DNA of 63,991 nucleotides, counting the filler, from Hausera hauseri (Eukaryota), in the NCBI GenBank assembly GCA_046269625.1. It is 10 parts of 10 records of this genome, joined end to end, with 100 filler letters (N's around TTAATTAATTAA, not from the genome) between each part and the next. Parts side by side here need not be neighbours in the genome. Positions count along the whole stretch, not along the records: positions 28,407 to 42,040 come from JBJURY010788756.1; positions 42,141 to 46,223 come from JBJURY010772427.1; 8 more parts are not named here. One strand, given 5' to 3'. The position numbers and the translations under genes were made by a program. Each line of letters begins with the position of its first letter. Position 1 is the first letter of the stretch. Below the pieces are notes generated by a model, which saw nothing but the letters and a program-made list of their open reading frames with translations, ran no database searches and had not been told where the DNA came from. Positions 34,976 to 46,323 of the stretch are shown here, piece after piece.

Positions 34976-37900
34976 TTAACATACATCTCTCTCTACCTTA
35001 CAAACCTTTTTTACTGGTCGTATGACTATTTTTCCATCGATATCAATGTCTACAATTCTGGTGACACCGTCCTTCCCTGGATATATTTGACTGATGGTCC
35101 CAATTTGCCATTGGTTCCTCATTAAGTTATCTTCTAGTAACCAAACTCTATCTCCGATATTAAATTTTGTCACTGTTTCATATTTCTTATGTTGGTTTCT
35201 GTAACTTATTATTATTTCTTCTCTCCATCTCGTCCAGTAATCGTTTGACAGTTTTTGTATATATCGCCAACGTGTGACAGAAGAACTTTCTCGGGTGCCA
35301 TTAATCTCGGCATTAATTTTTCCATCATATCCAGGAATGATAAAGTGATTTGGAGACAATATAACATCATCTTTTAAATCGGTCACTGTACTGGTGATGG
35401 GTCTTGAGTTGATGATACCTTCCACGATGATTAATATTGTTAACAACTCTTCCTCCGTTGTATTTGCACTTCCTAATATCTTGTATATAGCCTTTTTTGT
35501 GGCCTTTATCATGATTTCAAAAACTCCTCCAAAATGTGGTGTTCCTGGTGGGTTAAATATCCATCTGATTTCGTCTTTTTCTAATTGTCGTTTGACGGCG
35601 TATGTGTCAATTTTTATTTCACAAATTTCTTTGTTTGCCCCAACAAAGTTTGTCCCATTGTCGCTCAATATAATGTTCGGCTTTCCTCGACGGTTCATAA
35701 ATCTCAAGAAAGCCCGTATGAATGAATCTGTAGACAAATCCACAGCTAATTCTAAATGGACAGCCCTACATTTCAAACATGTGAATAGGCAAATGTATCT
35801 CTTTTCTCTAGACAAACCTCTACCTCTCTTGATCGAAATTGGGCCTGCAAAATCTATTCCCACAACGCTAAATGCTTTAAGAGGTTCTTGAAGGCGAAAC
35901 TCTGGTAATGGTGCTATCGGTTGTTGAGTTCCTTTAGCACTGTTTTTGCGACACACTTTACAATCATGTTGGACTTTCTTTATTAATTTTTTAAGTCTGG
36001 GGCACCAGTAGGTTTTACTCATCATAGCGTATATGTGATTTAATCCAGCGCAATGTTTGTGTAGTATGTGGCAATGTTTTATCAACCACTTAGTAATTTT
36101 CATTTTATCTGATAATATTATCGGATACTTGATAGACCAATCAAGATACCTAATTAATGACAATCGACTATTACTCCTTATAATCCCGTTTTCATCTAAC
36201 ATAGGGTTAGCTTGTTGAATTTTACTATTTTTTCTCACTTCTTTTCCAATTTTCAATTGACTAATTTCTTCTTTGAAGTATTCTTCCTGTTCACCCTTTA
36301 TAATATTTATGATAACATCTTCTCTAGATAATCCTTTGTTATTTTCTTTTAGTGTCTGTTCGTCAACATATTTAATCCATTCTGAATCACCTTCAATGTC
36401 TATTAATGTAGTACTTATATTTTCATATGTTTGAGTTGAAAACGTTTTTATGACTTTCTTCTCCTTCATCTCCGTTTCTTCTAAGATTTTTGGTTGTTCT
36501 GGCCAGGTTTCTTCCTCTTGTTTCAGAAATGTAGGTCCTTCCCACCATACATCCAATTTCACAATTTCTTCCACAGTGGTTCCTCGGGAGAGGTAATCCG
36601 CCGGATTCTGTTTTGTGTTAATGTATTTCCATTTTGATTTTTCACTTCTCTCTTGAATGAAACCTATTCTGTTCGCTACAAATGGTTTATAATATTTTGA
36701 ATATTGTTTGATCCAATGGAGAACGTTCATACTATCACTCCAATATGTTATTTTTTCATTCTTTAATTGTAAAATTCTTGACACCTTTATGCATAATTTC
36801 ACCCCTATACATGCCGCCATCAGCTCCAACCTAGGGATTGATATAGGTTTTATGGGGGCGACTTTTGATTTCGCTGCTATTAAATTTGTTAGAATTTCTT
36901 TGTCAGATCTATTTCTAATATAAGCTACCGCTCCATAAGCCACACTAGATGCGTCACAGAAAACATGAATTTCTTTTTCTTTGGCATTGTTTATTCCTAA
37001 CCACCTCTTTATTTTTACTTTGTTTATTCCGGGTAGTTGTACTAACCACTTCATCACGCGTAATTTAAGATGCTCAGGAATTGTTTGATCCCAGTCGACC
37101 CCATTCAACCACATCTCCTGTAGTAAACATTTTCCCACTATAGTAACAGTACTCACTAGGCCTAAGGGGTCGAATATTTTAGCCAGGGCACTTAATATAT
37201 TTCTTTTGGTCAATTTACTCTCGTAACTCCCTCCTCCGTCGAATGTTAAATAGTCTCCTATAACATCCCATTTAAGACCTAGAGTTTTTGACGTACAGTT
37301 GACTTCGCTTTTGAATGTGTATTCCTTTGCCTTCTCGTTATCTGGTATTTCGCGATATAATCGCTCTGAATTCGACAACCATTTATGTGTCTTCATTTTT
37401 GCTGTTCCCCATATTTCTTTTAAATGGTAATATAACATGATGGCTTCATCTTCCGTTTCAACGGAGTCAATACAATCATCCATGTATGTCGACTGTTTGA
37501 TCGTTTCAACTGCCCGTGGGTACTTTTCTTCAAATAATTCGGCATTCGTTTGACTTACAAGTTGTGCCAAAAACGGTGAAGCATTTAATCCAAATACTAA
37601 TCTTGTAAATTGATATGTTTCGATTTTCCCATTTCTTCTCCATAGAAATTGTAGGAATCTTCTATCATCAGGTGAAACACTGATTTGTAGGAACATTTCG
37701 GCTATATCACATATTAAAACTATTTCGTTTTTTCTCATTCGTATTAGGATGTCCATTAAATCCAATTGTAACTTTGGCCCCGGATGTAGCAACTCATTTA
37801 AACTTTTCCCCTTTACTTTCGCTGCTGCATCGAATACAATTCTAATTTTCGTAGTGGATCTATCTGGTTTCACAACTGGGAAGTGCGGTAACACCCAACA

Positions 37901-39260
37901 ATTAGCTTCCTTTTCATCTTTCTCCACTAATTCTACGTATCCTTTCTTTATGTGATCTTCAATCACCTGTTCGTAAGCTATTTTTACAGAGTTGTCTGAC
38001 TTTAATTTCTTTTCCAAATATTCCAACCTTTTTTCGGCCATGTTTCTGGACTTTGGAATTTCTTCCATTTCTCTCTTCCAAGGTAAAGAAATCTCGTACC
38101 TACCATCTTCGGTCCTATTCATCTTATTTTTTGTAACTCGAAAGATCTCCTTGTCTAAGCTCGACCAACTTTCCTTTTCTTCAGCTGAATTCTCTATCTC
38201 CCACAATCTCTTTATATCTTCATTCACTTCATCTATTCTCGTCCAATACGTTCTTACCAAATTGTTTCGTATTAAACTACCTCCTCCTCCGTTTAGAACT
38301 CCGACACAAGTCCATCCAAGAGGAGTCAATCGAGCTATTGGTTCTCCTCGTTTTCCCGAAATCTCCTTTATAGAATTGTGGAGATGTATGTAATTGGCTC
38401 CTATAATCCCATCCACACGTTCTCCTTGTCTGATTTCCGTAAATTCAACGTTTCGCAGGTGCGGCCATTTTCTTTTTTCTATTATCCAGTTTATGACTTC
38501 CATGTTTCCCGTTGGTCTACTCATGGTTAATGCGTCAAATTTCTCACTAATTTTACCATCTAAACTTTGCAAGGTCATGCAAACTCTGGTCATTTTTTGT
38601 CTTTTTTGTATCCCTCCAACTACAGCTACTGTAACGTCTTCTGTTTTTCCATTCAATTCTAACGATTGTACAATATTTTCTTCAAGAAAACTGTCCGTGC
38701 TAGCGTCATCTAATAACATGTTTACCCTGATCTTCTTTTTTCTACTGATCAGATACACTGAAACAGTTCTTAGAGCTACTTTATCCGATCCTTTGGATCT
38801 CTCTTTTTCCATATTCGTCATATAAGAATGTTTCTCAGAGTAGTTATTGTTATACGTTTGGCAAGAGTTATCACTTAATTTTGGTCTCGTATCGTCAATT
38901 TTAATGATAGTATCAGATAAATTCTTTATATCTACCTTTTCATCGAAATTTTTTGGATGATCGTTATCTCGATTTGACACATTTGAAGGGTTTACATGTC
39001 TGAATCGACAATCTCTCCCATATTTACAGTTTCCATTTTGAAAAAATATACAGCGTTTTTGGTCAACATTGGTATGACGGTTTAGGTCCTTCATTTCATG
39101 CCGAAACTTACATGAGTTACCAAATTTGCATTTACCATTTAGAAAATATTTACAATTGTTTAATGAGTTTCTTGCGTTTTTCCAATGATTAATATTCTCT
39201 TCTTTTCTTTTCTTTTCAATGTTGTTTCCAATCTTATTTGTTGACTTCTCTATATCTTCC
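34976..39260 (-). CDS. BEL/Pao pol: 2x CCCH zinc finger, aspartic protease, RT, RNase H, integrase
   Basis: LLDDASTDSF protease, CDIAEMFLQI...YMDD RT, VFCDASSVAYGAVAY RNase H, HH-CC plus GIDFAGP/SDNGTNF integrase. The 1372-aa ORF is uninterrupted and its frame is open up to the A7 run. Confidence 0.96.
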
Positions 39261-41330
39261 TTTTTTTGTGAAAAATGAACATTTAGTCAACCGTTCTGGA
39301 TGTCTGATTTTATTTGACGTCAGAACATTTATTCCGTGAACACCTTCGGCGGCGACCCGTTTCAATTCTGCCTCTTTTTCTACCCATACCTTTAATTCTT
39401 GTACATTGCGTTTCTTATTTTTGTCTTCGCGATACCTTTCCCAAGTTAATACCATAATTTCAGGCAGTTTCTGTATTAAGTTCTGATATAATAATCCACC
39501 CTCTAGCTCTATTTCTCGATCTAGATGTTTTAATCTCACAATAACTGAATCTATTAATGTAGCAAAGGCGTCTAAATCTTTAATATTGTGTACGCCGATT
39601 TTTGGAAATTCCATAATTTCCGACATGAGGGAGGCATAGTTTCTCTGATTTCCTCCGTAATAGCGTTCTAACTTTTCGAGTGCCGCTTTGTAAGAGTTTT
39701 CAGAGAGATCGTAGCTTTGAATTAGTCTTTTCGCTTCGCCGTATAAACAGTTCTCCAGTTGAATTTGTTTGTCTATGCTGGAAAGTGAAGTGTTATCCAC
39801 GCATGTTCTAAATATCTGTCGCCATTTTTCAAACTCCGCAACATTACCTCCGAATTTCGGAAGTTCCACCCTTTTTAACTTAGGTGCCAAATAATTATTC
39901 TGAGCTTTTATCTCTAATTTGTCTTCTAAAATTCTAAAATTTTTTGCTTGAATCATCCTAATTACCTCTTCATTCTGCATCTCGATGTTTTTTGATTCAT
40001 CGATTAATTCCGCTAATTCTTCTTTTCTTTTCAATTTTCTAGCAACTAATTTCAACGAGCTAATTTCTATGGATAATTTCCTAAAAATTTCATCATATCT
40101 ATTATTTTGATATTGAAAATCATCTTCTGTTAATCGACTGTTCATGAGTGATTTTCTCTGTACTGTCAACTCACACCTTAGTTCATCTTTAGTCAACAGT
40201 CTAGCCTCGAATTCTTCACTTTCGTTAGAACTCCCCCCTTTCAGTCCACAATTGACGTATATTGTCGCCCCGTGAGGGATATTTTCTATTCTATCATCGT
40301 TTTTCCAGTTCTTTCCATTGTAAATGATCATGTGATTATCTATCTTTATATGGTATTTCGCTGTTATTTCTTTTTGTAACATAGTAATAGTCTTTATTTT
40401 TCCAACCTCAATAACAATTTGTGAATTTTGGTTTACTTTAATAAATATTTGTTTTAATTCTTGTCTTTCAGTTCTTGTCGTCATCTCTTCTATTTTTCCC
40501 TCTTCACTTTCTTTATTATATCTATCATTGTGTCCCGTAACATCATCTATGCCTTTCTTCATAGTTACAATTTTTTTCAATTCTCCGATTTCTACGTTAC
40601 TTGAGTTATCATTCGGTAATTTTTGTCCATCTTCTTTTTCCTCGTCTCGGATGAATCTTCTACATAACTTTATACATTTTTGATCGTCACCAATTTGTGA
40701 TGTGTTCATTTTAAAGGAAGCAATCACTTCGTTCATATTATTTAGATTTTCTACGACATGTCCTTCATGGAATTCGATAATTTTATCTATTATAGTTCCT
40801 GAATGATGATCTATCAGCCAGCAATTTTCTTTCACAAAATTTATTTTGTTATAATCTAATAGAGTATTTTCATGATTTAGTAATTTATCTCCTTGTATAA
40901 TTAGCAAATTATTAAGATTTTTATTTTCACATTTATTTTTCGGGAAATGAATTTTGACAAACAGTTGGTTATTTTTTACGATATTAATTTGCCCAACTAT
41001 CTGTCGCATTACAGCTCTTAATATAGGTCTGGCGTTATATAAAAATATTAATAAGTTCTCCGCGACATTAAGTGAGATCCCAAACGTACATATCTTTAAA
41101 AATAAATGTTCAAAGAGAGATGCAATTTTTATCTTTAATCTCGTGATATTTATGATAATAGAAACGTTATTTATTTTGTTATGATGTAATTTAGTACAGC
41201 AATCACAACAGGAGGGATTGGGACAGGAGTTAGAGACAATAGAAAACAACATATATGACAATTTACAATAACCAACCTTGTTAATATTGAGCTTCATCGT
41301 CCTCCCAATCACGTTTACACTTCTCTGACC
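39234..41330 (-). CDS. BEL/Pao gag (DUF1759-type) with long N-terminal extension containing ubiquitin-like domain(s)
   Basis: LKRVELPKFGGNVAEFEKWRQIF...CLYGEAKRLI...YKAALEKLERYYG. Upstream lies QIFIK...GATIYVNCGLKGG. Confidence 0.88.
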   Translation of the reverse strand, partial: GQRSVNVIGRTMKLNINKVGYCKLSYMLFSIVSNSCPNPSCCDCCTKLHHNKINNVSIIINITRLKIKIASLFEHLFLKICTFGISLNVAENLLIFLYNARPILRAVMRQIVGQINIVKNNQLFVKIHFPKNKCENKNLNNLLIIQGDKLLNHENTLLDYNKINFVKENCWLIDHHSGTIIDKIIEFHEGHVVENLNNMNEVIASFKMNTSQIGDDQKCIKLCRRFIRDEEKEDGQKLPNDNSSNVEIGELKKIVTMKKGIDDVTGHNDRYNKESEEGKIEEMTTRTERQELKQIFIKVNQNSQIVIEVGKIKTITMLQKEITAKYHIKIDNHMIIYNGKNWKNDDRIENIPHGATIYVNCGLKGGSSNESEEFEARLLTKDELRCELTVQRKSLMNSRLTEDDFQYQNNRYDEIFRKLSIEISSLKLVARKLKRKEELAELIDESKNIEMQNEEVIRMIQAKNFRILEDKLEIKAQNNYLAPKLKRVELPKFGGNVAEFEKWRQIFRTCVDNTSLSSIDKQIQLENCLYGEAKRLIQSYDLSENSYKAALEKLERYYGGNQRNYASLMSEIMEFPKIGVHNIKDLDAFATLIDSVIVRLKHLDREIELEGGLLYQNLIQKLPEIMVLTWERYREDKNKKRNVQELKVWVEKEAELKRVAAEGVHGINVLTSNKIRHPERLTKCSFFTKKGRYREVNK

Positions 41331-41557
41331 ATCAATATTGGAGTTATTTGTATTGTTTTCATCAACGGCTCTCTCATCTCGGGGAAGATGCTCAATTTGA
41401 TAGGAGTAGTCTCGAATTTTATTCTTTCGTACTCTGTTGATCTCCGTTGAAACGCTCGATCTGAATTTTTTGAGGGGATTCAGAACCCCATAATAATCAA
41501 CAAGTGTGGTCCTAAAGAGAACCGTTAACATTCCCGTAATCATGTTAATCATTAACA

Positions 41558-41896
41558 ATTGACAAGGTAACTCGTTCCCAGATTTCTCCTTTATAAAAGA
41601 TTGAATTCTCTCTATGGCCGCCAATCGATCTTTCCAGTTGGAAGCGGAAATCTGTGTCATAAATGCCTCATCAAACATTTCAGTTCCTCGACAAATCACG
41701 TCATCATCGGACAGAAGAGACTCGGTCGGAATTTCAGGTTGAGTTGGCGCCCCTTTCGCTGATTTGGCAGGAGGCTTTTTAGTAACGGCTTTAACTGGAG
41801 CCTCCTTTTTCACCGGTGGTTTTTCGGATTTTGACTCCGCTTTTGCAGTCTGGACCGGTGGCTTCTCTACTACTGGAGCAGTAGTTGCAACAGAAT
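41558..41896 (-). CDS. CKAP5: ch-TOG/XMAP215 exon (basic linker plus start of TOG3) interrupted by the BEL/Pao element
   Basis: QISASNWKDRLAAIERIQ...ELPCQLL matches human LDSSNWKERLACMEEFQ...EMPCQAL. K/P/A-rich linker, and acceptor ttttacgacag at 41897. Confidence 0.75.
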
Positions 41897-42040
41897 CTGT
41901 CGTAAAATTTGTAATTTCTTTGTCAAGATTATTTAAACAATGTATGGTAAGAGAAACAAATTCCGAATCGCAATATTGTAATTCGGCCGAGTTTCCGTTA
42001 ATAGTAGAAATTCTAACTTTTGACTCCATGCAGATAATAT

Positions 42041-42140
42041 NNNNNNNNNNNNNNNNNNNNNNNNNNNNNNNNNNNNNNNNNNNNTTAATTAATTAANNNN
42101 NNNNNNNNNNNNNNNNNNNNNNNNNNNNNNNNNNNNNNNN
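42041..42140. other. Artificial contig linker
   Basis: N-run with TTAATTAATTAA. Confidence 0.98.
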
Positions 42141-42499
42141 GCCGTCGACAGACAGGGGATCTGGTCGACTAACAATTACTGAGTCTTTAATTTGTTAGTT
42201 AATTTCACAACAAATAACGAAGGATGAATAGCAATGAAACAAAAATGCATACTTGACATAGTCATGATGACAACAAAGAAAGTGTGTGTTTAAGTCTCAA
42301 ATCATATGGGTATTTATACCCTTAGTACCTCGTGCAGAATATGCAAGAATTTAATGTTTATGACATAAAAATTGATAATTTGTTCAAATTAGGACACAAC
42401 ACAATGTATAATCAAAATAAGTCATAAATAAACCACAAAACGTCTACATCGAAATATTAATAAAAAAATCAAAGTTTCGATTCATTAGATCAATGTTTC

Positions 42500-45400
42500 A
42501 AAGTTTATTGTGACAATTATTTCGACAGTTCGATTCATTTCAAACAACAAAATGGCGACAGATTTTTGAAACAAGATAATTTGCAACCGACAAACAAATG
42601 CAGTTGGAAACCTATTTGTTCCATGAAGCGAAGGAGCTTGTAAAGAAGTATGACATATCTCAAGAACCATATAAGGCTTGACTTGAAAAATTAGATCGGT
42701 ACTTTGGAGGAGATCAGGGGAACTATACAGCACTAGTGACAGATGTAATGCCATTTGATAAAATTAGCGCAAATAACGTCAATGAGTTGGATAGATTTGT
42801 TTCATCGTTAGATTCTGGTATTATACAAATGAACGGAATTAAAAGGTGCTTTGTTGTATCAAAGTTAACTTCAAAAATTATCCGAGATAATAGTGCGGAA
42901 TTGGGAGTGATATCGAGAGGACAAGGACAAAAAGCATAACGTTGTTGAATTGAAAGCTTGGTCAGAAAAAGAAGTACATCTGAAGAGAGTCGTAGCGGAA
43001 GGTGTTTATGGTATTGAGGCTTTACTGCCGTCAAGGATGAAAATACCAGAAAGCGAAAGACAATTAATTTTTTACAGGGAAAAATAATAGTGAATTTATC
43101 GAGTTAGATATTAATGGAATTCAAAAAAGAAGGTAGTTTAAATTTATGAAGTACATGAAACAAAGAATATGCAAGTATTTTCAAAACGGTATGTACCGAT
43201 TTGGAAATCATTGATCAGGATAAGCAAAGCAAATCAAAATTGTAATAGGAATATTCGTGTAAATATTTCTCATCAGGATATTGCAAATAGGGAGAAAATT
43301 ATCTGTATAGTCATTACTCGTTAGTTAAATTCACAAAACAAACAACTCCAGGGTGCTCCCAAACAAGACCTTAATGATAATATATGTAAAAACACCATTT
43401 GCGAAAGTGAAGTTCTGAATTTCAGACCAAAAATGAGTGATCAGTATTGTCAAATGAAAACAGTAGATAAAAAAATTCAAAAACAAGATCGTATTTAACT
43501 GAAAAGGATTTAAAAGCAAATAAGCAGGAGCGAGTGGCTCTTAGAACTGTTCCGATAATACCAAAGAACGGTGATAGAAAAATACAAATAAACATGCTGC
43601 TGGACGATGCCAACACTGATAGTTTTATTGATGATGATATAGTCTTAGAATAGGGAATTAGAGGTAAGCAAAAGGAAGTCATAGTGATGGTCGTAGGGGC
43701 AAAGAACAAAAGCAAAAAATGGAACGAGTACAGATGATTTTAGAAAGCACTGATGGTAGAACTAAAATAAAGTTCAAAGCCTTAACAGTGAAACAGTCGA
43801 CGGGGCGTATAATGACTACTGACTGGTTGAGCGAAAAAGGATATGGCCACATTTGAGACATGCATTTTTCAACAAGGGGGAATTCTAATCATGTGGTTAG
43901 AATAATTGGTGAAAACTACATATCACTACATAGTTCCATCACCGAGATTCATGGAGAGGCTCGATATCCAGTTGCAAGGTAGAAACATTACCTGTACGTT
44001 CTGTACCAGAACATGTGAAATAAAGGATGTTTTGAAGAAATTATGGGAAAGAGCGAATACTGTTGAGGAAAAGGAACGATGGCTACAGTGAGACTATAAC
44101 ATACATAAATTAGCAAAAGGAAGAGGTCAAATAAATAAAGATGGAAGATACGAAGTAAGCCTCTCGTGGAAAGATTCAACAATTAAAGTTCCACAGTCAA
44201 AATATATGGCGATAAAAAGGCCGGAACACTTAGAAAAGAAACTAGCCTCAGAGAAAAATATAAAAGCAGCTTAAGATAAAATATTTTAAATGAATATATA
44301 CATGAAATAACTAATGAACATGACAACCAATGGATTCTGCCGCATTTTCCAGTAATCAGACTTGATAAAATACCATTCAAGGTTTGTATAGTATTTGACG
44401 CTGCGGTCAAAAGTAAGGGAACTAATTTAAATGATCTGCTAAGTCCAGGACCAAAGTTACAGCAAGATCTAATAGAAATACTTATAAAAATGAGAAAGAG
44501 AAAATAGGTCTTAATATGCGACATTGGAGAAATATACATGCAAATTAGTGTCGCACCTGAGGATCGAAAATACTTACAATGTCAATGACGAAGGAATAAA
44601 GAAATTAATAAATTTGAAATCAAAAGGCTAGCATTTTGGCAAAATTGCTCCACATTTCTGGCTCAACTAGTATGTCAAATTAATGCAGAACATTTTAAAG
44701 ACCGATCTCCTAGATCGGCAGAAACTATTTTACAGTCTTCGAACATGGACGACTGTACTGATTCTACAGATACTGAAGATCAAGTGACTGAGTTATATCG
44801 ACAACTAGAGGTTATATGGGAAAAAAGCAAAAATAAAAACGCGTAAGTGAATGTCAAATCCAAGCTTACTCCACGATAAAATACTAATAGAATAATGGAT
44901 TTATTTAAGCTTTCCTTATAAGAATAATCAATGGTTGATTTCCAGCCAACCATCAGTCTCGGTTTTTTGAAGAGGGCGATTTGAAAAGAAGGTTATGCTG
45001 TGCGTCTGGTGGAATTTTGAAGGAGTACTACACTTCGAACTCGTTCCAGAGGGTCATGCAATAAATGCTAAGCTGTATTCTGAACAGCTGCAACGGGTTA
45101 GTGAAATTTTGCAAACGCGCTACCCTGCCTTGATCAGTCTGAAGCAGGCACTTCTCCTGCATGTTAATGCCCCAGCGCACACCGCAAGGACAACTCAGAA
45201 TAAGATCCAGGAGCTCGCCGACATTGAAGTCCTCCCTAATCGCCCATACAGTCCGGACGTCGCTCCATCTGACTACTACATATTCCGGTTGATGGCTAAC
45301 TTTCTACAAGGATGCCAGTTCGAGAATGTCGAGGAGGTGGAAAATGGGTGCGACGAGTTTTTCGCCTCGAAATCAAAGGAACGGTATCGACATGGAATCG

Positions 45401-46223
45401 AATAGTTAGCAAGAAGATGGATCTAAACAGCAGAAAACGATGGCCTTTACTTTGACAGTTAATATTTTTTGTCATTTCTTGTGTTTGTAGAATATACAGG
45501 AGGTGCCTGGAAACATTTGCAAAACTCTAATATTACAGAAGTTAGAAAGATCATCTTGCAAGAAGCATGGTTGCAAGGTTCTGAATGGGATCATAAACGT
45601 AGCGATGAATTATCAAAAATAATTGAAAAATTGTTAACGGATCTAAAGAATTTCAATACTGTTCATTTACCAAGGTACATTTATTTTGCGATACCTCAAG
45701 CCTGGCATATGAGTCTATTGCTTATATCAGGACTAAGTCGACTGACGGATATCAGGTTGTTATTTATTTTACAAATACAAAAGTCGATCCAATAAAAGCC
45801 GTATCAATGCCAAGATTGGAATTAATGGCAGCATGAATAGGTGTAAAAATATGGATCAAAATCTCCAAACGTCTACAGGTAAATAAAGAATCAGCCACAT
45901 TTAATAATTGTGTATTGGATAAAGCAGTATGCTCTAAATTACAAAACCATTGTAGCCAATAGGATAAGTTATATCCGGGAGAAGTCTGAAAGTCATCAGC
46001 GGAATTATATCAACACTAAATAAAATGCGATAGATTACTTATCACGGGGAACGACAGCTTTGGAAGTGAAGGACCTAAATATCTGGTGGAAAGGTCCAAA
46101 ATTTTTGAAAGAAGAAAATGACAGTTGATCAGAACAACCTAAGCTTCTAATTGAGGTTGTACATAAAAAAGTGAAAGCTTTCAATACAGTTGTCGCATCT
46201 AAGAATATAATGTCATCTGACAT
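42500..46223 (+). mobile_element. Heavily decayed BEL/Pao element related to the 34976-41557 copy
   Basis: ERVALRTVPII...INMLLDDANTDSFI, ILPHFPVIR...IVFDAA, PGPKLQQDL, CDIGEIYMQISV, DYLSRGTT...WWKGPKFL, and CKYFQNG CCCH remnants. Confidence 0.88.
44960..45460 (+). mobile_element. Mariner transposase C-terminal fragment nested in the decayed BEL
   Basis: KKVMLCVWWNFEGVLHFEL, LLHVNAPAH, PYSPDVAPSDYYIF. Confidence 0.92.
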
Positions 46224-46323
46224 NNNNNNNNNNNNNNNNNNNNNNNNNNNNNNNNNNNNNNNNNNNNTTAATTAATTAANNNNNNNNNNNNNNNNNNNNN
46301 NNNNNNNNNNNNNNNNNNNNNNN
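46224..46323. other. Artificial contig linker
   Basis: N-run with TTAATTAATTAA. Confidence 0.98.

Larger units (their letters stand above)
34976..41557 (-). mobile_element. Near-intact BEL/Pao LTR retrotransposon; candidate 5' LTR 41557-~41335, candidate PBS tggtcagagaagtg ~41318-41331; no matching 3' LTR found
   Basis: Domain order gag-PR-RT-RH-IN. A TG-initiated segment begins where ch-TOG similarity stops. Confidence 0.85.

Noticed and set aside
35394-38825. Plus-strand ORFs overlapping BEL pol
   Set aside because: These are antisense shadows of a long coding frame with no recognisable motifs.
39234-42029. 931-aa ORF as one genuine host protein
   Set aside because: It is a chimera of probable intron, ch-TOG exon, element 5' end and Gag.
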